Below are positions 12,201-22,700 of a DNA stretch of 64,000 nucleotides, piece by piece. The notes under the pieces were generated by a model that saw only the letters and a program-made list of their open reading frames with translations, was not told the DNA's origin and ran no database searches. The stretch is from Chlorokybus atmophyticus. Lineage: Eukaryota > Plantae > Mesostigma and Chlorokybus algae. Where the stretch lies: the NCBI GenBank assembly GCA_009103225.1, contig RHPI01002368.1, forward strand, positions 773,397 to 837,396, written 5' to 3'. The position numbers and the translations under genes are program-made. Numbering within the stretch: the first letter of the stretch is position 1; the number at the start of each line of letters is the position of its first letter.

Positions 12201-15200
12201 TTGTGAATGCCCACATCTTGGCCTTCTTGTGAAGTCATGGTAGTCGATATCTTGTTGTCCACTATGGTTTCGTATGCGGCGTGCGCAGCAACTTGCTCGA
12301 CCTCAGCCTGTGGTAGGCGGCTGCTGGCAACTGCTGGTGGTGCAGCTGGAATGGCAACGTCCTTCTGAGCAGCTGTGCCTACATCTTGCGACCTGCTTTC
12401 TAATGGAGTCAGAGGGGTGGTAACCATTGCCTTCTTGTCCACAGCACTTGCATAATCCCTTCCGACAGCTTGTGCCAAGCGAGCTTGAATGGGGCTGATC
12501 TCAGGTACCCCAGCCTTGCTGCTCTCAGCTGTACCACGGATGCTGGTATCAACCCCATGAAGGCTCTTGGCTTGCTGTTCGTTTTCTTCGGCTGGCGTGG
12601 GCTGGAGATTGTTGACAGCAGCAGCGGTATTAACAGCAGGACTGCTGGCGCTTTCAACACTCTGTGTTCTGGCATGCTGCAACTGGTCTGACTGCTCTTT
12701 CTCCTCACTGGCAGAGGCTGCAGCTTCTGCACTCTCTTCTGTAGCTTGAATAGGGCTGACGTCAGCTTCCAAAGCCTTGCTGCTCTCAGCTGTCCCAAGG
12801 ATACCAACCCCATGACTGCTCTTGGCTTGCTGTTTGTTTTCTTCGGCTGGCTTGGGCTGGAAATTGTCGACAGCAGCAGCAGTAATAGCAGCAGCAGGAC
12901 TGCTGGCGCTCTCAACACTCAGTGTTCCGGCATGCTGCAACTTGTCTGACTGCTCTTTCTCCTCACTGGCAGAGGCTGCAGCTTCTGCGGTTTCTTCTCT
13001 AGCTTGAAGAGGGCCAACGTCAGGTTCCAAAGCCTTGCTGTTCTCAGCTGTCCCAAGGGTACCAACCCCATGACTGCTCTTGGCTTGCTGTTTGTTTTCT
13101 TCGGCTGGCTTGGGCTGGAAATTGTTGACAGCAGCAGCAGTATTAACAGCAGGACTGCTGGCGCTCTCAACACTCTGTGTTCCGGCATGCTGCAACTGGT
13201 CTGACTGCTCTTTCTCCTCACTGGCAGAGGCTGCAGCTTCTGCACTCTCTTCTTTAGCTTGAATAGGGCTGACGTCAGCTTCCAAAGCCTTGCTGCTCTC
13301 AGCTGTCCCAAGGATACCAACCCCATGACTGCTCTTGGCTTGCTGTTTGTTTTCTTCGGCTGGCTTGGGCTGGAAATTGTCGACAGCAGCAGCAGTAATA
13401 GCAGCAGCAGGACTGCTGGCGCTCTCAACACTCAGTGTTCCGGCATGCTGCAACTTGTCTGACTGCTCTTTCTCCTCACTGGCAGAGGCTGCAGCTTCTG
13501 CACTCTCTTCTTTAGCTTGAATAGGGCTGACGTCAGCTTCCAAAGCCTTGCTGCTCTCAGCTGTCCCAAGGATACCAACCCCATGACTGCTCTTGGCTTG
13601 CTGTTCATTTTCTTTGGCTGGCTTAGGCTTGAAATTGTTGACAGCAGCAGCAGTATTAACAGCAGGACTGCTGGCGCTCTCAACACTCTGTGTTCCGGCA
13701 AGCTGCAACTGGTCTGACTGCTCTTTCTCCTCACTGACAGAGGCTGCAGCTTCTGCGGTCTCTTCTCTAGCTTGAAAAGGGCTGACCTCAGGTTCCGAAG
13801 CCTTGCTGCTCTCAGCTGTCCCAAGGGTATCAACCCCATGACTGCTCTTGGCTTGCTGTTCATTTCCTTCGGCTGGCTTGGGCTGAATGTTGTTGACAGC
13901 AGGACTGCTGGCGCTCTCAACACTTCGTACTCCAACATGCTGCAACTGGTCTGACTGCACTTTATCCTCACTGGCAGAGGCTGCAGCTTTTGCGCTCTCT
14001 TCTTTCTCAGGTACATTTTCAGTGCGGGAAGTTGCTGCGGGTTCCAGTGCAGCCTTGGCAGTGATAGTGGCGCTCTCGGACTCAGTATCCTGTTTTCCAA
14101 CATGCTGCGACTGACCTAACTGCTCCTTCTCCTCACTGGCAGAGGCTGCAGCTTTCGCGCTCTGTTCTTCGCTTCCAGCAATGATGCCAGGAGTTGCTGC
14201 GGGTTCCACTTCAGCCTTGGCAATGCTTGCTTCTGCACCTTCAACCAGCTCTGTAGCGCTGCTGGTCCCAGTCTCCTGCATCTGGCTGACGTCAGCGCAA
14301 TTGATCTGCGTTGATCTGCGAGCTCCACATGTATGTTGGTTCAGTAGGACATGCTCGCACCTGTTGCTCTCGGGCTGGTTGTGCGGCACCAATGACGCTT
14401 CCAGAAGCAGCACTCACAGCTTTGTCCGTTTCAGGAGCCGTTGGAGCGTAGCTGGTAGCAACATGTAATCGATCTGTGTAGACTGCTTCTGCCAGCTCCT
14501 CATCAGTCAGCAAACCACAATTGCCTCGGGAGTGCTCGCCCTGTGCTGGAGCAGACTGCGGCAAAGACAGTTCCCCAGTCGCAAGCGTCTCATCAAGCAG
14601 CACCTGCGAAAGTAGCAAGAAAATCCTGTCAATACAGACTAAGTAGCCCCACATGATGATATGGTTGGACATCAAGTGATATGCGCAACACCCATGTTGC
14701 GCAGAGCCCTACATGCACAACCACCTTTTCGACCACCGTCAAGTCCTCAAGAACGCGAGCAGCGCCCTCAGCTCCAACATCGTCGGCTTCAATATGAATA
14801 TCACCAGTGAGGGCATCCGCACTTTTTACGATGACTTTCGACTCTTCATTCCGTTTTGAAGCAGACTGCGGCAATGATAGGTCCCCAGTCGCAGGCTCAT
14901 CAAGAAGCACCTACACAAGCAGCAAGGAGGCCCTCTGACTAAAGTCAAACACCCCCAATGACTACATGGTTCTGCCGTCAAGTGATATATGCAACCCCCA
15001 CGTTATGAGAACCCAGAACCCTGCATGCACGGTCACCTTTTCAACCACTGTCAAGTCCTCAAGGACGCGAGCAGCGCCCTCAGCCCCGATGTTGTCTTCA
15101 ACGTGGATATCACTAGTAAGGGGATCCGCACTTGTAGAGGTAACTTTTGACTCCTCAGTCGGTGTTGGAGCAGGCTGCGGCACAGACAGTTCCCCAGTCG

Positions 15201-16199
15201 CAAGCGTCTCATCAAGAAGCACCTACTTAAGCAGCAAGAAAGCCCTATTACTAGACACTACAGGTCGAACAGCCCCCAGTGATGACACGATTCTACTGTC
15301 AAGTGTTATGGGCATCGAACGGTACGAAGAGCCCTACATGCATCACCTCTGCAACCACTGTCAAGTCCTCAAGGACGCGGGCAGTGCCTTCAGCCCCAAT
15401 ATCGTCATCTTCAAAGTGGATGTCACTCGTGAGAGCATCCGCGTTTTGACTTAGCAATGCCTGCATGTACACAACTGTCAGCACGCAACAACCACTTGCC
15501 AAAAATTATCTAACGCCATAAAGACAACAGCTGCTTGCGTTTCACAAGACAAGCACTGGTTTCACATAACCCACCTCCTCAAAGACCCGCAGATCTTCAT
15601 TCATGCGACGAGCTCCTTCTGATGAAATGCTGGCTGCTGAAGCAACGCGCTCTACAGTTGCCTGTCAGGCGGCAAGCGATGGTGACCAGGTGACAAACTG
15701 ACGTGTAATGCATACGAGCACGCTGACGATGGCATCCAGTCACTTGCTGCAAGGTAACTGGCCAAATAACATATAGTCAACGAAGCCCCAACGCAACATG
15801 CATGCAGCTTGGTGAGTGAGGACGGCAATGTCTACCCTGAGCAACTCATGTCCTACACAACAGCATGGGTTCATGTGTAAGCATGCGTGCATATGTTGTG
15901 GCCGTTTCCTACTCTATTGAAAGAGTTGCATGCACCAATCCAGCATGCAGGGGCGTGGTGCAGCATGCACTGTGTCAAATATCAACAAGAACCTTGGAAT
16001 TGGCTGACGGAGCGTTGAGTGCCATGCCCGCAGCGCTGGCATGGTCGTCCACCGTCTCCTTTCCCTTCTCGTTGCCCGGATCGGCCGGAGGAGGAGGCTG
16101 TTCAGGCAGCTTTTTCCTGCTGCCGAGTGGTCTGCTTCGCACGTAAGCAAGCAGCGACAGTGCTGCCACCAATCCTCCTACCAGCACGACTTTCGCCAT
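9275..16199 (-). CDS. KAPP: Kinase-associated protein phosphatase (KAPP)-like: N-terminal signal anchor, long repetitive acidic linker, FHA domain, PP2C domain
   Basis: ATG at 16199 gives MAKVVLVGGLVAALSLLAYVRSR (hydrophobic anchor). FHA exons (~11.0-11.6 kb): LTLT|VVAG..AVGRGTKVDFTLPDIEVSSRHARIDWN..WQ|VQDLGSLNGTFLN. The KAPP-specific junction reads GEPLPMEDVVDIHWPL. PP2C motifs: FGLVCVFDGHLG, HEGCTATALLLW, VANVGDSACVL, LSADHK, FGLNLGRALGDKFLK..SAEPFVS, IVASDGLWDV, DNTTLVVVRFL* (stop 9275). Some linker exons at 15.5-15.95 kb are not resolved. Confidence 0.85.
12480..14170 (-). repeat. Coding tandem repeat: about 6 full units of 255/258 bp (85/86 aa) plus a partial unit, with a 513-bp higher-order dimer
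   Basis: Units read EE(S/T)AEAAASASEEKEQSD(Q/K)LQHAGT..VESASSPA..NNFQPKPAEENKQQAKSSHGVGILGTAESSKALEADVSPIQA. Shadow ORF starts at 12746, 13004, 13259, 13517 and 13772 are spaced 258/255/258/255. Units alternate between PAVNTAAAVNN and PAAAITAAAVDN variants. Confidence 0.95.
14550..15460 (-). repeat. Tandem duplication of an exon+intron unit (~310 bp, 3-4 copies) in the KAPP linker
   Basis: Phase-0 exons 15347-15460 (38 aa), 15037-15222 (62 aa) and 14725-14910 (62 aa) all end GAEG.ARVLEDLTVV.E/K. Exons starting at 15222, 14910 and 14603 all begin VLLDE..ATG.LS.PQ. Spacings are 307-312 bp. Confidence 0.9.
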
Positions 16200-16257
16200 C
16201 GACACCAACGCCGCCAACACCGCCGTCGCCAGCGTCGCTCATACCATAAACCTGATT

Positions 16258-16280
16258 CCTAAACCCTAGACCCTAAACCC
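16258..16280. promoter_or_regulatory. Telo-box / interstitial plant telomere-like motif in the KAPP-ITPR divergent promoter region
   Basis: cctAAACCCTAgaccctaaaccc lies ~60 bp upstream of the KAPP ATG. AAACCCTA is the plant telo-box. Confidence 0.55.
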
Positions 16281-17198
16281 AATTGATCTGGTTTGACAAA
16301 CTCAGACGTCGGCAAACTAGCTGTGTCGATCCCGGTCGCCCTCCCGCCCAGCGGTCAGGCCTTTGCTCATGGGCGGCGGTGGCGGCATAAGCAAGCAGCT
16401 GGCGTGCTTGCACTCTGCTGTTGGTCATGGTGTTCAAGTCCACAACAGCACTGCACCTAAGTTAAGCTGTGTTTGTTGTGTCTAAGCATTGTGAGCTGAA
16501 GCAACAACTCGCTTGCATGTGCCCTCCAGGCTAGTAGCTTCCGCCCCATTTGAGACGCAATTTTCGCGCGTTTTGCTGCTTTCTTCTTGCACATTGTTGA
16601 TTACGAGCATTGTGGAGCCAAGACATATAAAAGCCATTGGCTGCGTGTTTCACGCCAGCAACAAAGAGACATGACAGCTAATTGGGCAGCTGAGCCACCT
16701 GGCTGAAAGAGCAGGAGCGCAGTGGCTTGGGCCAGGCCAGTAAGGTTCAGGCCAGGCTGGTATGGATGAAGCTTCTCCTCATATCAGCGGAAGCCAGGTA
16801 ACATGACATGCTCAGTGAATTGCTTGCATGCTTGACGGTGGCTGAGGCTGTCGAGTCAACAGCGCCAAGTTCAGGCTTGCCGTAACTCAAAGTTTTCAAC
16901 GCACTGTAGCTCATGTCACGCTTCAAGTCCAGTCCTAAGTAGTACTGACGAGGGCACATGTTTAGTGTGCTTAACAGTTGAGTGTCTGCGTGAAGGTCTG
17001 ATAGCAGCAAGCAGTGTGATGTATGTACTCTGTGGCATGCACAAGCAATGCAGTGAACTCTCTCGTAAGTAAAGGGTAGGCAGTAGGCGGCATGAGTCAT
17101 GTACTTTTAAGCACAATCATGATTCTCCAAACGCACTGTTGTGATTGTGGTTGTGGTAGTGGTAGCTCATAGCTCTGTTTGTGACCAAGGCTTTGCAG

Positions 17199-19661
17199 GT
17201 GCGCTTTGGCGACACCCTGGTCCTTGGCGTTGATGGCGCAAATGGTTGGTGTGTTGGCACTGACGACGGCTCCTTGGTTCTGGAGCTCCTGGACCCTTCC
17301 GTACAGGGGTTACCGCATGTGTCGCACAGCATCTTCACAGTACGTGAGCTTTTGCTTGAAGTTTGCATGTTAGCTACTTGCAGGGAAACAGCTGCATTGT
17401 CTACCATGCCACTGCTTGTGCTTGAGTGTGTGCATGCGCTTGTGCGGGGGTGTGCGCGTGTGTGTACATGTGCTCTTATGTGCACTTGTGCACGCGCATG
17501 TGCATGAGTGCGCGTGTGTAGGTACGCTTACGTCCGCTTTGCAGGTGCACACGCGATGCCAGTATGCTGCAATGCTGGCCTTGCACGAGCAGACAAGCTT
17601 TTACAACCAGCACAGTCACAGCGCTTCTGCACGGCTTGATGAGGTGTATGTGCTGTTGCATTGTTGTTGGGTGTTGATGCTATTGTCATGTATGGTCGCA
17701 AGCAAACAACTTGACCATTCACTGGCTTGCATTCATCATGGTGTGTTGCTTACTCACTTGCGGGCGTGACACAGCCCGCGCAGCAGTTCTCCGTGGCTAA
17801 GGAGCAGGCTCGGCTACAAGAACTGCAGTACAACAAAGGTACAACAATGCACTATAGTGCAAAGAGTACTGCTTGTGCGCCATGACTCATTGCTGTTTGT
17901 GCGTGTGTCTCACGGCCACAACAACATGTCACCGAATGTGCTTGTACCGTGCACAACATGTGTGTGCGTGATGACGCATGTAACCAAATGTGTTGCACTG
18001 TGCATATACGGTGCATTGGGTGTGTGTGCAAGACACCTCAGGCAGACCATGAGGCATGCATTGCACATGCCACTCAACTGTCATTATAAGCTATCAGTAC
18101 CTGTAGTGTTTATTGTGTTGGGTTTTATGGAATGTACTCTCATCCGTCCATGTTACGTAGAACTCTTTCATCGTAACATTGGTGAGGCGCTTGTGTATGG
18201 AGAAGTCTTACAACTGCAGCACGTCGCCACCGCTTCGTTTGTGACTGCCCGCAAGCAGCGTGCGCTGGTTGAACGCAACAACTTCAGCGTAAGCTTCATT
18301 ATGCCCAACACGTGAGTATCGCATAAGTGTTGTCCCAACACAATACCGTTTGGCTATTGCCATGTACTTGTGTATGGAGCAGGTTGTTCTGGACGCCAAT
18401 GGCGATGAAGGCTCGTGGTTTGTAATTTTGCCAGCCCACAATGTGAAGGTATGCCTGGTTCGTTTCTTCAATTGAGACCAGATTTGTTACATGTGGCTCA
18501 TCTGCACATGCTAAAGGTGCTTATCGTAAAAGTCCTCTTTACTGACAACGGCACTCAATCTAGGGTGTAGGCGACAAAGTGAACTATGGGGATATTGTCA
18601 ATGTTGTCAGTGCAAAGTATACCAACATCGGGTCAGTACAATAACATGCATGATGGTCATCATGTCGTTGTAATCAGTACCTGTAAAGCTGAACACATTG
18701 GTATTTGTATGTTTGTCAAAGGCATAATCTGTAACAGCATAGCAGCATGTATGTCGCTTTTGTGTACTGCTGAGTTCGGTTCCAGGCTTCATGTGTCTCT
18801 GCAACCTGTTGCCATGGAAGCGCATCAGCCACACCCATACATACGTGACGTTCGTGAGGTGAGATGTGCACTTTGCTATTGAGACTCTGTGTTCATTGCA
18901 TCTGGTAGTGCTGATATGAGCCTGCACAACAACAGGTTAATGGAGCAGAGCAGGTCACCCACCTATCATTGACTTTTGCCTCGGAGCATCGCACGTCAGC
19001 ACAACTCAAGTCAATCCTGTTTGGCGGAGATGTTGTAATGTTGTGTCACAAGTAAGTGCAAAGCACATATGTTGGGCGCATATTGGCAAACAGGACTTTG
19101 GTTGGCTTACGCTGTGGTTTGTCGCAGAGCAAGCAACAGCATATTGGTATGCGAAGACAAGGTTGTTCACTTCACCCACCCACCACAGGTGTACAGTGCA
19201 AGGCACACATCCAACTCACAATGGCATTCACTCGCTGCTAAGCCTCTTTCTGCTGTGAACTCTTATGAATGTGCTGTTTGTGTCTCTAGCGAATCTGGTG
19301 TACTTATGTTGGACATCTGTGTCGATGTTACATTTGCTGCAGGAAGGCTGCAGTTCAACTTCACTATGGATTGTTCAGAGCACTGGAGTGGAGGGAAGCA
19401 CGACGGCTGTCAAGCGTGTGCAGGCATGAGCTGTCATCATCACACGCACACACACACATGTGCACGCACGCACAAACACATACACACCGTGGCCTGATGG
19501 CTCACGTATGCATGTCTTTCAGACAGTCTTGTTGTGTGCAGTTGGTGCGCTTCAAGCATTATGCGAGCGAGCTGTACCTGGAGATCACGGCACCCACAGA
19601 CACAGGCAGCACTCAGCAAGATAGGTATGTTGCAATTGGTACTCGTGTGTGGTGGGTGACT

Positions 19662-19705
<44 letters not shown>

Positions 19706-22700
19706 NNNNNNNNNNNNNNNNNNNNNNNNNNNNNNNNNNNNNNNNNNNNNNNNNNNNNNNNNNNNNNNNNNNNNNNNNNNNNNNNNNNNNNNNNNNNNNN
19801 NNNNNNNNNNNNNNNNNNNNNNNNNNNNNNNNNNNNNNNNNNNNNNNNNNNNNNNNNNNNNNNNNNNNNNNNNNNNNNNNNNNNNNNNNNNNNNNNNNNN
19901 NNNNNNNNNNNNNNNNNNNNNNNNNGGGGGGGGGGGGGGGGGGGGGGGGGGGAAGAGGTGTATGTGGGCGTGTGTGTCAAGGCAATACGCAGTACCCACG
20001 GGTATAATTGGTGTTACTGATTGCTGCATGCTTGGCCACCTGAACTCCGAGCAGTAGGTCCAGCCACATGCTAGGAGTACAGGTCACCGAGTTGTATGAC
20101 TCATTGAGCACGCTATGGCGGCTGCACATTTTTGCTGATGACGCTGATGACTGCGTCCCCGTGCCCAGCACAATTTATATGCAGGTGACACCTGATGCCA
20201 CTTGCACAGGTGTGTGTGCAAGTGGCATCGAACGTTGTGTGTGCATGTGCATGAGTGCGTGCATGTGTGAGCCATACGCGCATGCACGTGCACGTGCACA
20301 AATAGGCATTGTAGTCGAGTTCTTTGGCTCTGTCACTTGCGCATGACGGGCTCCATTGTTATTATGCAGTCGTATGAAGCACGCGGTTGGCTGTCGGAGG
20401 AAGTGGCTTTTAGTTCTGTTACACTAACGTCCGATAGGCCTGATCACAGTGGCTCGGACCACAATCTGCGCCAACATGTTTTTGATAGCATATCAAGCGA
20501 CCGCAGCACTGCAACATCTTCAGGTCAATGCACACATGGTCAGATGCTGTATTGCGGCACAGAAGAGTTGTATACCAATGTCAACTTTTTCTGCAGATAC
20601 CCTTCACGGTGTGAGCATTGCACCATATCGCTCAGAGCGCGATGCACTTGAGTTGACAAAGCCCGATGCACAGTACCTGAGTCAGCTGGCAACTGTTCTG
20701 CATGTGTGTAATGTGCTGTGGAGAATTGTGTCTATCTGATGTTGTATGTTTACTTGAGGTGCTCTGCACTGACTGTGTTCGCATGTGGCAGGCACAAAGG
20801 AAGCTTGCAAAGTTTATTCAGGACTTTCACCAATGTGTGAAGCCTTTGACTGCCAGTGATGATGCAGCAGGCATCCTAGAGATAATACAGCAGGTTGTTG
20901 CCCCTGTCACATGCTCATCTGTGTGCACGTGTTGGCGCGTGCATATTTGCGTGTGCGCATACGCTTCATCAAGCGGATGTGCAAAATGTTAGGGACATAA
21001 AGCTTGTCAACCTATGGCATATGTCGCCTTGCAGGATCAAGACGTTTCGGCAGTGCTGCAAGTGCATGCTGATGTTGTGGAGGTGCAGCTGCTGAATATT
21101 GTCCATCTGTTGGATATCCCGGAGCACTTGGTGCAATATGGCAAATACCATGTGCAGGTGTTGTAAGTTATGCAACCTAGAAAACTTTGCTGAGGTGGTT
21201 GGTGAAGGGTATGGTGATGTAGCAAGGTGTACCTCTAATTACACGCTGATGTCTCTATTGTGTGCAGGCGATGATGTACGAGCAAAAGCTTTGTGACACC
21301 ATTCTCACCGTGCTGGTAGTCATCTTTCTGAAGAAATGCTTTCCTGCAGCGTGTGTGGACTCGACCAGCATCGAATTGCAATACACTGCTACCAGGCTGA
21401 GCTCCGTGTGCACCATGTGTCTTCAAGTAAGCGTGCAGTTGAGAGTGTTGCTTGCTCGCAAGTGTGTACGAAGTAGTGCTCGTTGCTGACTCGTGTCACC
21501 CTCAGGTGCTGCGATTGGCTGTGGCGGCATTCCCTCCAGCACAAGCGAAGCTGGCACGGGCTCGACACGTGTTCTTCAAATTGCTTGGTATGCAATTGGT
21601 TGAGAAGCCATAACACTTGTTGTGTAAACTCAACAAAGCCCATGCAAGTAACTCACACGCACATATGTGCACACGCACATATGTGCACGTGCACACAAGT
21701 ACGCCTGTGTGTACGCGCGCGCATACGCACAGCCACACACGGATGCGGGTACACGTACATGTTTTAGGATGCACGCCATGTGAGCACCTTGAACACAAGT
21801 GCCCGTGCACATGCGAGCGTACACAGACACAATGTAGGACGCATGCCTCGTGAGTCATACACATGCAGGTGCACGCGCACACCTCATACACACGCACGCG
21901 CTGTGCAGGCAGTGAGCAATTAGCTGATGTGACGATAGACGTGCTATATGCCACTTTCCACGGTAACTCGGAACTGCTTGGCACCTTACGCATGGAGGAC
22001 TTAGAAACTCTCACAAACGGTTTGAGAGTACATCATCGCCACCGATGCGTGTCCTTGTTGGAGGGACTCTGCAGGTATATATCATGTTGGGTGCCGCGCG
22101 CGTGCGGGCATAGTTGTGTATGTGACAAAACTGTTGATTCACAGCGTGGACGGGGCTCCCGTGCCCAGCATACAGAACATGCTTGTGGACCTGCTGCTGC
22201 GTCCCGGTGTTCTGCTGCAGATCACCGTGCAGGACGATGGGCCACACACGCAGGTAAGAACCGTGTGTGCATGCGTGCGCGTGTGTGTGCGCGTACAGTT
22301 CGTCAATGGTTGGTGCGTGTGTAGACAGTGCGCATAGCTGGCCCAGATGGTCTGCAATACGACTGTCGACAAACCAATATAGAAGATGATAACGCCGTTT
22401 TGGAAGGCTCCTGGGAAGAGAGCCAAAGTGTCAGAAATATTCACGGCAGTGCTGGCGAGAAGTACTGCCGCTATCTCCTCGCCTCCTTACAACTCTTGTG
22501 TGCTCTTTGTGCTGGAAGGTGCGCTTAACCCTCAAGAAAGCCCTCTTGCATGTCATCTAGATTGCATCTGACTGTTTGCGCGTGTGTGCGTGCGTGCGTG
22601 TACTTTTCTCAGGAATGGCAAAGTATGCTCGGTGCTTGTAGCCAACGCAGAAAGTCTGTGCATCAGTGACTATCAGCTGCTTGTTATGGCTTTCATGCCA

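Noticed and set aside
12409-14103. Regularly spaced repeats and many overlapping ORFs suggesting a CRISPR-like or multi-gene array
   Set aside because: The units are contiguous with no unique spacers and keep one long frame inside KAPP. The other ORFs are shadow frames of the repeat.
19662-19952. Poly-G runs (poly-Gly/Pro ORFs, G-quadruplex candidates) here and at other gaps
   Set aside because: They abut N-gaps, so their lengths and content are unreliable assembly edges.
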